From Alphaproteobacteria bacterium (GTDB lineage Bacteria; Pseudomonadota; Alphaproteobacteria; SHVV01): a stretch of DNA of 64,000 nucleotides. Numbering within the stretch: position 1 is the stretch's first letter; each line of letters starts with the position of its first letter. The notes below the pieces were generated by a model. It ran no database searches, was not told where the DNA came from, and saw only the letters and a list, made by a program, of their open reading frames with translations. Of this stretch, positions 8,170-16,889 are shown in pieces. Made by a program: the position numbers and the translations under genes. Location: positions 4,000,001-4,064,000 of the forward strand of contig OZ253470.1 of NCBI GenBank assembly GCA_965261735.1, written 5' to 3'.

Positions 8170-9249
8170 TCATGAGTACGCCGCTCTAGCCGGCGTTCGC
8201 GCCAGCTCGGGCAGCGTGTAAACCTCGGTTGGGGCGGCGATGCCGCGTAGGCGGTGGCTCCCGAGATGCACGAGATCGCTGCCCGATGCCGCGGCGAAAG
8301 CGCCGGAGGCGACCACCGGATAGCGCAGCGTCTTGCATAGCCGTTCGAGGCGCGTCGCCACGTTGACCGCCGGCCCGATGACGGTGAAGTCGAGCCGGTC
8401 CGGGGAGCCGATGTTGCCGTACATGACGTCGCCGACATGGAGCGCGACGCCGAACCTGAACGTCGGCAGGCATGCTTTGCGCCGCTCCACGTTGAGCTGG
8501 CGCGTACTCGTCACCGCCGACCGCGTGGCGTTGACCGCGGCCCGGCAGGCCGGCGCGGAATCGCCGGGGGCGATCGGGAAGATGGCGAGCAGGCCGTCGC
8601 CGATGAATTTCAGCACCTCGCCGCCGAAGGCCTTGATCGGCGCCACGAGGCGCTCGAAGTGCACGTTCAGCAGGTTGATCAGGTCGTCGCGCGCGAGCCG
8701 TTCCGACAGCGCCGTGAAGCCGCGCAGATCGGAAACCCAGATCGCGGCATGTATGGTTTCGCCATCGCCGCGCTTGACCAGCCCCGCCAACACCTGGGCC
8801 CCGCTGCGCTTGCCGAGATAGGTCTCGAGGAGGGTCGTCGCGACGTGGCGCTGCACGACAACCTCGAGCTGGCTCGCGAGCAGCTGCGCGAGGAAGCGCA
8901 GCTCGGCCCGGTCGGCGTCCGAGAAGCCGCCCGCCCGGGCGCTGGCGAAGGTCACGGCGTGGTGCGAGCCGTCGCTGAACTGGAGCAGTAGAGCGATCTG
9001 ATCGGTTGCGCCAAGCGCGCCGGCCTCGCGCACATCATCGGACTCATCGTCGGCACCGCCGCCGTAGCGCGACCCCGAGAACAGGGGATGCAGCTCCTCG
9101 ACGGCGAGCGAGGCGTGCGCGAGCGCCATCCCCGCCTCGCTCAGGCGCGCTGCCAGGCCGGTCAATAGCGATGCCGGGCTCGGCTCGCTCGCGCCATGTG
9201 CGATAAGCCATTGCGCCGCCGGCCCGACTTGCGGGAAATCCTGGTTCAC
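8170..9249 (-). CDS. Class III adenylate/guanylate cyclase domain protein
   Basis: SDLRGFTALSE, GEVLKFIGDGLLAIF, LHVGDVMYGNIGSPDRLDFTVIGPAVNVATRLE. Its stop codon lies inside the right end of island 1. Confidence 0.9.
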   Translation of the reverse strand: MNQDFPQVGPAAQWLIAHGASEPSPASLLTGLAARLSEAGMALAHASLAVEELHPLFSGSRYGGGADDESDDVREAGALGATDQIALLLQFSDGSHHAVTFASARAGGFSDADRAELRFLAQLLASQLEVVVQRHVATTLLETYLGKRSGAQVLAGLVKRGDGETIHAAIWVSDLRGFTALSERLARDDLINLLNVHFERLVAPIKAFGGEVLKFIGDGLLAIFPIAPGDSAPACRAAVNATRSAVTSTRQLNVERRKACLPTFRFGVALHVGDVMYGNIGSPDRLDFTVIGPAVNVATRLERLCKTLRYPVVASGAFAAASGSDLVHLGSHRLRGIAAPTEVYTLPELARTPARAAYS

Positions 9250-9320
9250 GACCGCCCCATCCGCCTTCCTGCGCCACTATAGCGTGGCCGAGCGTACGCG
9301 ACCCCGCGGGCTCCTCTTTT

Positions 9321-9355
9321 GTAAGTTGACACTTACGTAAGACTATGCTTACGTT
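9321..9355 (+). promoter_or_regulatory. Tandem inverted-repeat operator overlapping a sigma-70 promoter
   Basis: GTAAG-N6-CTTAC twice (9321-9336, 9337-9352). TTGACA at 9326-9331 and TACGTT at 9350-9355, 6 nt before the ArsR ATG. Confidence 0.7.
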
Positions 9356-9361
9356 GAGGTC

Positions 9362-9685
9362 ATGGATGACGGCCTGCGCGCCATCGCCGATTCGACGCGA
9401 CGGAGAATTCTGCACCTGGTGTGGAACCGGGAGATGATGGCCGGCGACATAGCGGCCCGGTTCGACGTGAGCCGGCCAGCGATCTCGCAGCATCTTCGGG
9501 TACTGCTCGACGCCGGGCTCGTGGTCGCGCGCCAGGACGGGACGCGCCGCTTCTATCGCGCCGATTCGGACTCGATCGCGGCGTTGCGCACCTTCCTCAC
9601 GGAGTTTTGGGATCAGAGCCTGGCACGGCTCAAGGTGGAAGCGGAGAAGGAGCAAAGGAGGTACGACCAAGATGACACAGGCTGA
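9362..9685 (+). CDS. ArsR/SmtB family transcriptional regulator
   Basis: AIADSTRRRIL, VSRPAISQHLRVLLDAGLV, GTRRFY. Confidence 0.92.
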   Translation: MDDGLRAIADSTRRRILHLVWNREMMAGDIAARFDVSRPAISQHLRVLLDAGLVVARQDGTRRFYRADSDSIAALRTFLTEFWDQSLARLKVEAEKEQRRYDQDDTG

Positions 9686-10136
9686 CGAGGCAAGCGTCAT
9701 TCGACGCGAAATATACATTGAGGCGGCACCGGATACGGTGTTCGCGTTCTTCATCGACTCCGACAAGATGACGCGCTGGATGGGCGTGTCGGCAACGCTG
9801 GAGCCGAAGGAGGGCGGGCTGTTCCTCGTCGACGTGACGAACGGGAACGTCGCCAAGGGCGAATATCGCGAGGTGTTGCCCAACTACCGCATCGCCTACA
9901 GCTGGGGCTGGGATGCGGCGGACTCCGGCGTGCCGCCGGGATCTTCGCTGGTCGAGATCGACCTCGAGCCCAAGGCGCCGGGCACGATGCTGAAGCTGAC
10001 CCACAGCGGCCTGCCCGAGCCCGCGATCCCGCCGCACGCCGAGGGCTGGGACCACTACTGCGAAAGGCTGAAAACCGTAGCGTCTGGCGGCGACGCCGGC
10101 ACCGATTCCTGGATCAAGGCCGCCGAGACCGGCTAG
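9672..10136 (+). CDS. SRPBCC/AHA1-domain protein
   Basis: IRREIYIEAAPDTVF, G.YREV.P..RI.YSWGW, HAEGWDHY..RL. Typical ArsR-SRPBCC pair. Confidence 0.88.
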   Translation: MTQADEASVIRREIYIEAAPDTVFAFFIDSDKMTRWMGVSATLEPKEGGLFLVDVTNGNVAKGEYREVLPNYRIAYSWGWDAADSGVPPGSSLVEIDLEPKAPGTMLKLTHSGLPEPAIPPHAEGWDHYCERLKTVASGGDAGTDSWIKAAETG

Positions 10137-10275
10137 CGGCCCGCGACTCGCCCGCCGGGCCCGGCTCCATTATGTAGCCGGGTCTCGGTGGGGCGGGCTC
10201 GCGCTTCTCACGGAGCGGTCGATTTTCCCGCGACGGAAGGTACAATGCCTCCCGGCCACACGCACGGGAGGACGC

Positions 10276-10644
10276 ATGTTCTATCATCTGATCCTGGTGC
10301 GCTACGCGGAGGGGGCGGACGGCGCCTTCCATCAGCGCATTCACGACTACTGCGACGAAATCGCCGCGAACCTGCCGGGCGTGCGCAGCTACTCGTACGG
10401 CGCCGATCTGGTTCCTGGCCCGTTCACGCATGGGATCGTGGGCGTCTACGATTCGCTCGAGGACTACAACGCGTATTGGCGCACCAAGCTCCACGACGAC
10501 CTCAAGGCCTACATGATACAACACGTCGCCGAGACGTTGATCCATGACTTCGACACCACCCTGCGCCCCGTTGGGGCGGCCGAGACCGATAACCGTCACG
10601 AGGCGGTTGCGGCCGGGCTCGTCGACATGCGCGGCGTCGTCTGA
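10276..10644 (+). CDS. Dabb (stress-responsive A/B barrel) protein
   Basis: HLILVRY, LPGVRSYSYG.D, FTHG....YDS.EDY.AY....H. Confidence 0.75.
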   Translation: MFYHLILVRYAEGADGAFHQRIHDYCDEIAANLPGVRSYSYGADLVPGPFTHGIVGVYDSLEDYNAYWRTKLHDDLKAYMIQHVAETLIHDFDTTLRPVGAAETDNRHEAVAAGLVDMRGVV

Positions 10645-10677
10645 GGCGCGGGCGGTCCAAACAGCGAGGGAAGACCC

Positions 10678-11772
10678 ATGGAGGCGAGCTTCGCGAATGT
10701 GATTTCGGCCGACTCTCACGTCATGGAGCCGCCCGACATGTGGGAGAAGGCCCTGGGTGCGAAGTTCGGCGATCGCACGCCGCGCATCATCGACGAGTAC
10801 AAGGGCAAGAAGGGCCGCTACTTCTTGACCGGCAACCAGGTGCGCAAGCTCGGCGAAATCGAGGCCGAGCAGGACACGCTCGGCTTTCGCGAGGCGGGCT
10901 ATCTGCCCGAGAAGCGGGTTGCGTTCCAAGAGGAGGCGGGCGTGGCCTGCGAGCTCCTCTACACCACCAACATGCTGCTGCAGTACTCGACCAAGAACCC
11001 CGACGTGCTGCGCGCGGCCGCCGCGGTCTTCAACGACTGGCTCGCGGAATTCGCATCCTACGCGCCCGGGCGCCTGCGCGGCATCGCGGTCCTCCCGACA
11101 CACGACGTGGACTGGGCCATCGCCGAGATCGAGCGCGTCTCCAAGAAGGGGCTCAAGGGAGCGATGATCAACCTCGGCGGCCCCGAGGGCTGCCCCCCCT
11201 ACCGCGACGCCGTGTACGACCCGCTGTGGGCGCGCGCCCAAGCCATGGGGATTCCGCTGACGCTCCACACCGACACTGGGCGCATCCCCGATCCGTTACA
11301 TTTCGATACGCCGGCCGAGTTCGCGGTGGCCGCCAGCACCATGCTCGGCCTGATGAGCGAAATCATGCCGGTGCTCGCCGACGACTTCATCTTCGGCGGC
11401 ATCCTCGACCGCTTTCCCGAGCTCAAGATCGTGTGCAGCGAGTTCGATATCGCCTGGCTGCCGAACTTCATGTGGCGCATCGACCAGATGCAGAACGACA
11501 TGGGGCCGCGGTTGCGCCTGCCGAAGGTGGCCCTGCGCGCCAGCGACTACATGCGAACCCGCGTCTGGCACGGCGTCATCAACGACCCTCACTCGGCCTA
11601 CGTCATACCCCAGGTCGGCGCGAGTCAGGTGCTGTGGGGCTCCGACTTCCCGCATGTGCGCTCCATCGGCCTCGATGCCCAAGGGGCCGTGGCGCGGCTG
11701 CTCGACGGCTTGCCGCCCGAGGACCAGACCCGCGTGGTCGGCGGCAACGCCACCGCGGTCTACGGGCTCTAG
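10678..11772 (+). CDS. Amidohydrolase-2 family protein (LigW/ACMSD-like superfamily)
   Basis: ISADSHVMEP, FNDWLAEF, YDPLWA, GILDRFPELK, LWGSDFPH. Confidence 0.9.
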   Translation: MEASFANVISADSHVMEPPDMWEKALGAKFGDRTPRIIDEYKGKKGRYFLTGNQVRKLGEIEAEQDTLGFREAGYLPEKRVAFQEEAGVACELLYTTNMLLQYSTKNPDVLRAAAAVFNDWLAEFASYAPGRLRGIAVLPTHDVDWAIAEIERVSKKGLKGAMINLGGPEGCPPYRDAVYDPLWARAQAMGIPLTLHTDTGRIPDPLHFDTPAEFAVAASTMLGLMSEIMPVLADDFIFGGILDRFPELKIVCSEFDIAWLPNFMWRIDQMQNDMGPRLRLPKVALRASDYMRTRVWHGVINDPHSAYVIPQVGASQVLWGSDFPHVRSIGLDAQGAVARLLDGLPPEDQTRVVGGNATAVYGL

Positions 11773-11787
11773 CTCACGAGGAAGGCC

Positions 11788-12483
11788 ATGAGCGCAACCT
11801 ACATTGATGAGTTCACCCAACCCGTCGCTCTCAATCCGCGGACGACGGCGCTTCTCGTCGTCGACATGCAGTACGCCAGCGGTAGCCGCAATCACGGGCT
11901 CGGCGCGCGGCTCGCCCGCGAGGGACGGCTCGAAGAGGCGGCGTATAGGTTCGACCGAATCGAGCAGCTGTTGATCCCCAACATTCAGCGACTGTTGACG
12001 GCTTTCCGCGGGCTCGGCGCACCGGTGATCTACTTCACGGTGGGGGCGACGCTCCCCGACTACAGCGATGCGCCGGCGCGCCAGAGGCCCTTCTTCGAGG
12101 CGACAAACAACACGGCCGGCAATCGCGAGCACGAGATCGTCGAGGCGCTCGCGCCGCGGGCCGGCGAGCCGGTGCTCAACAAGGTGACGATGGGCGCCTT
12201 CGGCTCGACCGGGATCGATGCGCTGCTGAAAGCGAAGGGGATTTCCGAGGTCGTCGCGACCGGCGTCTCGACCAACAACTGCGTCGGCATGACCGTGATG
12301 GAAGCCGCGGATCGCGGCTACGGCGCGGTCCTCGTGTCCGACGCCACCGGGACCTGCAGCGACGAGATGCAGGAGGTGACGCTGCAGAGCTTCCGCCGGC
12401 TGTGGGGCCGGGTGATGACGACCGACGACGTCATCGCCGAGCTCGGGGCCGGCACGCCCGCGCTCCGGGCTCAGGCCGGTTGA
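11788..12483 (+). CDS. Isochorismatase-family cysteine hydrolase
   Basis: TALLVVDMQ, VLNK...GAF..T, GVSTNNCV..T...A.DRGY. Confidence 0.9.
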   Translation: MSATYIDEFTQPVALNPRTTALLVVDMQYASGSRNHGLGARLAREGRLEEAAYRFDRIEQLLIPNIQRLLTAFRGLGAPVIYFTVGATLPDYSDAPARQRPFFEATNNTAGNREHEIVEALAPRAGEPVLNKVTMGAFGSTGIDALLKAKGISEVVATGVSTNNCVGMTVMEAADRGYGAVLVSDATGTCSDEMQEVTLQSFRRLWGRVMTTDDVIAELGAGTPALRAQAG

Positions 12484-12490
12484 GGCAGGC

Positions 12491-13336
12491 ATGGGGGTTT
12501 CGCCGACCAAGCTGACGGCCACGTTCGGTGCCGAGTTGGCCGGCCTCGACCTGCGCCACCCCGACGATGAGATGCTGTCGGCGGTGCGCGAGGCCTGGCT
12601 GAAACACGGCATCCTCGTGTTCCACGATCAGCAGCTCTCGGACGACGACATAGTGTCCTTCAGCCGCGCCTTCGGCGATCTCGAGATTCACGTCCGCCGC
12701 GAGTATCTGCTCCCCGAGCACCCCGAGATTCTGCTGGTCTCGAACATCGTGCGCGACGGCAAACCCATCGGCATCCTGTCGGACAACGACGTCGGCTGGC
12801 ACTACGACCAGATCTACCTGCCGCGACCCGCGGTCGGCTCGTTCCTCTATGCCGCCCAGGTTCCGCCCGAGGGCGGCTGCACCTACTTCGCCGACATGGC
12901 GGCGGCCTTCGAGGCGCTACCGGACGCGCTCAAACAGCGCATCGAGGGGCGCACCGCGATCCAATCCTACGAGGCCTTCAACCGCGCTTATAGCGTGCCG
13001 ACCAACGAGGAGCAGAAGAAGCGCACGACCGACATCGAGCAGCCGATCGTGCGCACCCATCCGCTCACGGGTCGCCGCGCGCTCTATATCTGCCCCGGCA
13101 TGACGATAGGGATCGTCGGGCTCGCCGAGGATGAAAGCGCAGACGTGCTTGAGGGGCTGTTCGAGTGGTCGGTGCGGCCGGAGTTCGTCTACCGCCATGA
13201 GTGGCGGGCGGGCGACGGCATCCTGTGGGACAACGCCTGCACGATGCACCGCCGCGATCCCTTCGACGGCACCCACGAGCGACTCATGAAGCGCACGACC
13301 ATCCTGCCGCCCGCTCACCTCGCGGTACCGTTCTGA
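12491..13336 (+). CDS. TauD/TfdA family 2-oxoglutarate-dependent dioxygenase
   Basis: WHYD (HxD), GG.TYFADM, PIVRTHP.TGR, WDN..TMHRR. Confidence 0.92.
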   Translation: MGVSPTKLTATFGAELAGLDLRHPDDEMLSAVREAWLKHGILVFHDQQLSDDDIVSFSRAFGDLEIHVRREYLLPEHPEILLVSNIVRDGKPIGILSDNDVGWHYDQIYLPRPAVGSFLYAAQVPPEGGCTYFADMAAAFEALPDALKQRIEGRTAIQSYEAFNRAYSVPTNEEQKKRTTDIEQPIVRTHPLTGRRALYICPGMTIGIVGLAEDESADVLEGLFEWSVRPEFVYRHEWRAGDGILWDNACTMHRRDPFDGTHERLMKRTTILPPAHLAVPF

Positions 13337-13346
13337 GATTGGTGCG

Positions 13347-14897
13347 CTAGGCCTTGCGCCGGGCCTTGGGTAGGGGGGCCGGTGCGTCCTCGGGCTGGCA
13401 GCCTTCGACGCAGCAGCGGCCGGGTTGGCGCTTGGGCCGGCTGTCGCCCGCTTCGTCCGCGAGGAGGCCACGGTCGAGTAGCCGCTCGACTAGGTCGACG
13501 CGGTCCGCAAACGGGTAGTTGCGGAAGATCTCGCGTCCCATGGCGGCCGGCGAGCCGCCGCCGTGCAGGCTAATCAGGGAGTACCAGCCACCCGTCTCCG
13601 ATGCCGTGAGGTCCTCGATCAGGCGCGCCACCTCGCTGCGCTGGGCGTAGGGGATGTCCTCGCGCCCGCGCAGCACCTCGGCGAGGTTGCCGGCGGTCTC
13701 GGGGTTGTGGTCGTGGGCCGCATCGGGGAGCGCAACGATGAGGCCACCCGAGATTTCGTGCGCGATCCGCTGCATGTCGTAAATCTGGGTCGACAGCAGC
13801 AGCTTGCCGATATTGGCGAAGACGCGTTCGGGCTCGATCGTGCCCGACGGGTCGGCGGCGCCGTAGACCGAGGCGGCGACGCCGCAGGCGAAGAAGCCCT
13901 CGACGATCTTGATTAGCTCGACCATGCGATCGCGCAGGTGCGGTACTTCGGGTAGCGCGAGGCCATTGGCCTCGCTCATCAGCACGCCGGCGCCGATCAG
14001 GAGGTCACCGAAGCCCGCGCGGGCGCCAATGCAGCTGTGGCGGTGATGGGTCGCATAGGCGGTGGTGAGGAAGCGGGCGTGCGCCCACTCGCCGCCGAGG
14101 AAGACGCGCTCCCACGGCACGAACACCTCGTCGAAGACGACGACGCCGACCGATTGGCCGTACTTGGCGCTGAACTTGGCCGCGCCCTCGCCGGGCCGGC
14201 CGGCCGGGCGCGAGATAATGGTGACGCCCGGCGCATCGACGGGCACCGCGCAGCACAGCGCGAAGTCGGCGTCGGCCTCGGTCATGCCACGGCACGGCAT
14301 GACGAGGAACTCGTGCACGTAGGGTGCGGCGGTGACGATCGCCTTGGTGCCCGAGATCACGAGCCCGTCCGGCCGGCGCCGCTTGATATGGACATAAGCA
14401 TCGGCAACGGGTTGCTCGTGGGGGCGCTTCGAGCGGTCACCCTTGGCGTCGGTCATGGCGATACCGCAGGCGAGGTCGTGCTCGTGCACGCGGTCGAGAT
14501 AAGCACCGAACCGTTGGTGGTAGTCGGTGCCGTGCTCGGCATCGATCCGGTGCGTCGCCTGGTGGATCGCGTTGAGCGCGTCCTGGGTGAGATAGCGCTG
14601 GGCGCACCCGGTTTGCTGGCACACGAGCCGGACCGCCTCGAGCTTGCGCATCAGATCGTCGGTGGTCCGGTTGATGTGCAGGAAGCGGTTGGTTTCGCGG
14701 CCCGAGGCGCCGTCGCGCGCGACCATGACGGGGCGGTGCTCCTGTACCCGCGCGTAGTCGTAGGTGACGCCGATGGCGGCGACACCGGGCGCCAGCAGCG
14801 GCTCGTCGGCCACCGAATCGACGCGCTCACCCTTCATCAGGACGTGGGGCGAGTAGGCGCGCAGCGACTCTCGGTAGTCCTGGGCTGACATCAGCAT
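13347..14897 (-). CDS. 4-hydroxyphenylacetate 3-hydroxylase / 4-hydroxybutyryl-CoA dehydratase family flavoprotein
   Basis: MSAQDYRESLR, AMTDAKGDRSKRPHEQ, GLVISGTKAIVT, VVFDEVFVPWERVF, HGGGSP.A. Confidence 0.88.
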   Translation of the reverse strand: MLMSAQDYRESLRAYSPHVLMKGERVDSVADEPLLAPGVAAIGVTYDYARVQEHRPVMVARDGASGRETNRFLHINRTTDDLMRKLEAVRLVCQQTGCAQRYLTQDALNAIHQATHRIDAEHGTDYHQRFGAYLDRVHEHDLACGIAMTDAKGDRSKRPHEQPVADAYVHIKRRRPDGLVISGTKAIVTAAPYVHEFLVMPCRGMTEADADFALCCAVPVDAPGVTIISRPAGRPGEGAAKFSAKYGQSVGVVVFDEVFVPWERVFLGGEWAHARFLTTAYATHHRHSCIGARAGFGDLLIGAGVLMSEANGLALPEVPHLRDRMVELIKIVEGFFACGVAASVYGAADPSGTIEPERVFANIGKLLLSTQIYDMQRIAHEISGGLIVALPDAAHDHNPETAGNLAEVLRGREDIPYAQRSEVARLIEDLTASETGGWYSLISLHGGGSPAAMGREIFRNYPFADRVDLVERLLDRGLLADEAGDSRPKRQPGRCCVEGCQPEDAPAPLPKARRKA

Positions 14898-14967
14898 GGC
14901 AAATCTCCGCTACCCGCAGGCGCCCATTAAACGGGCCGTGCAAGTCCTTGGCAAGGCGTGGCCGGTC

Positions 14968-15840
14968 TCAGGCGGCCGCGCGGATGCGCGCCATGAGGTC
15001 GAGGGTGCGCTGGGCCTTCTCGACGATGGGATAATCGACGAAGCCGCCGTCGACCTGGATCGAGGCCGAGCCCGCGGCTTCCGCCTCACGGAAGGCGGCG
15101 ATGATCCTTTCCGCCCGCGCGACCTCATCATCGGTCGGCGTGAACACCTCGTTGGTGAGGGCCACCTGGTCGGGATGGATGCAGCACTTGCCCTGAAAGC
15201 CCAACTCCAGAGCCGCGCGCGTCGAGCCCTCCAGGTGCTCGCGGTCGCGTAGGTTGATGAACACGCTATCGAGCGGCGCCTCGATACCGGCGACCCGCGA
15301 AGCCAGTACGATACGGGCGCGGGCATCGAGAAGCTCACGCTCCTCGCCGGTCCACACGAGGTTCATGTCGCGGGTATAGTCGCCGGCGCCGAAGGCGACC
15401 CGCTTCACCCGTGTGCCTGCGGCGGCGATGGCGTCGATGTGGTACACGCCCTTGCCGGTCTCGATGATCGGAATGAGGTCGATCGCGCCAAGTGTCAGCC
15501 CGCGCTCGCGCTCGATCTCGGTTATGACCCAGTCGATGGTCTGAAGCTCGTTGGGCAATTCGATCATGGGAAAGACGATGCCGTCGAGCCCATCGCCGAT
15601 CACCGCGCGCAAGTCGCCGTAGCAGAATTCGGTGTTGATGCTGTTGACGCGAACGTAGCCCTGACAGGTGCGGGGCTTCTTGAGCGCGTCGACGACGGTC
15701 GCGCGCGTCGCCACCTTCTCGCTCACCGCGACCGCATCCTCGAGATCGAGAATGACGGCGTCGGCGCCAATGGTGAAGACCTTCTCCACCTTGCGCGCAT
15801 GGTTGCCTGGGGCGAACAGCATCGAGCGGAGGGGGGCCAT
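14968..15840 (-). CDS. CitE/HpcH family CoA-ester lyase (citrate lyase beta-like)
   Basis: RSMLFAPG, ADAVILDLEDAV, IIETGKG, FGAGDY..D, GFQGK.CIHPDQ, G.FVDYP. Confidence 0.9.
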   Translation of the reverse strand: MAPLRSMLFAPGNHARKVEKVFTIGADAVILDLEDAVAVSEKVATRATVVDALKKPRTCQGYVRVNSINTEFCYGDLRAVIGDGLDGIVFPMIELPNELQTIDWVITEIERERGLTLGAIDLIPIIETGKGVYHIDAIAAAGTRVKRVAFGAGDYTRDMNLVWTGEERELLDARARIVLASRVAGIEAPLDSVFINLRDREHLEGSTRAALELGFQGKCCIHPDQVALTNEVFTPTDDEVARAERIIAAFREAEAAGSASIQVDGGFVDYPIVEKAQRTLDLMARIRAAA

Positions 15841-15976
15841 GGGAATCACCTCGGTGCGTGGCGCAGGGCCGCACTCAAACACAGGGGGCCGGGGCCGATC
15901 AAGCGCTTCTTGCCTGGGCGCGCGCGGCGCAAACAGCTACGCTGCCGCAGCGCTTGGAGAGGCTCGAGGTCAAGTA

Positions 15977-16867
15977 ATGGGCGATACGGACGAGCTGTTC
16001 GCGGGCTTCCGCCGAACGCGCATCGATGTGGGATCGGCGACCATCAACGTGGCCCGCGCCGGAACTGGATCCCCGCTTCTTCTGCTCCACGGATATCCCC
16101 AAACCCACGCCATGTGGCACAAGGTGGCGCCGGTGCTCGCTCAGGATTTCACGGTCGTGGTCGCCGACATGCGCGGCTATGGCGACAGCTCCAAGCCGCC
16201 GGCGGGCGAGGACCACGGCGGCTATTCCAAGCGCGCGATGGCGGCCGATCAGGTCGCGGTCATGCGTGAGCTCGGCTTCGAGCGCTTCGGGCTCGTCGGC
16301 CATGACCGCGGCGCCCGCGTCGCCCACCGGCTCGCGCTCGACCACCCGGAGCAGGTGAGCCACCTCGCGCTGCTCGACATCATCCCGACCTATACGGCGT
16401 TCCTGCACACCAACAAGGACACGGCGCGGGCGCAATACCATTGGTTCTTCCTGAGCCAGCCCCACGACCTGCCGGAGCGCCTGATCGGGTCCGATCCTGG
16501 CTTTTTCCTGCGCTGGTGCTTGAAGAGCTGGGGCGGCGGGCTCGACTACTTCGCGCCGGCCGCGCTCGCCGAGTACGAACGCTGCTTCGCCGATCCGGCC
16601 ACGATCCACGCCACCTGCGAGGATTACCGCGCCGGCGGCACCATCGACCTCGAGCACGACGAGGCGACGCTGGACCAGAAGATCTCATGTCCGGTGCGCG
16701 TGCTGTGGGGCGGCCGGCGCGCCCGGGGCCGCGCCTTCGAGATGCAGCACATCTGGGGCGAGCGCGCCCGCGAGGTCAGCGTGAGCGAGGTCGATTGTTG
16801 GCACTTCCTGGCCGAGGAGCGCCCCGATGAGGTCGTGCGCGAAATCCTCGTGTTCGCGGCCACATGA
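15977..16867 (+). CDS. Haloacetate/fluoroacetate dehalogenase-like alpha/beta hydrolase
   Basis: LLHGYPQTHAMWH, YSKRAMA.D, GHDRGARV (Asp nucleophile plus Arg pair), YHWFF, CEDYRA, HFLAEE. Confidence 0.85.
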   Translation: MGDTDELFAGFRRTRIDVGSATINVARAGTGSPLLLLHGYPQTHAMWHKVAPVLAQDFTVVVADMRGYGDSSKPPAGEDHGGYSKRAMAADQVAVMRELGFERFGLVGHDRGARVAHRLALDHPEQVSHLALLDIIPTYTAFLHTNKDTARAQYHWFFLSQPHDLPERLIGSDPGFFLRWCLKSWGGGLDYFAPAALAEYERCFADPATIHATCEDYRAGGTIDLEHDEATLDQKISCPVRVLWGGRRARGRAFEMQHIWGERAREVSVSEVDCWHFLAEERPDEVVREILVFAAT

Positions 16868-16889
16868 CCTTGCGTCGGAGGGTTCGCCG

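Larger units (their letters stand above)
5960..8189. mobile_element. Cassette-like island 1, bounded by imperfect inverted ends and punctuated by GTCCGC/GCGGAC palindromes
   Basis: Left end TAGGGCGTGTCTTCATGGAG begins at the amidase stop. Right end CTTCATGAGTACGCCGCTCTAG. Contents are AT-richer than the flanks and unrelated to them. Confidence 0.55.
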
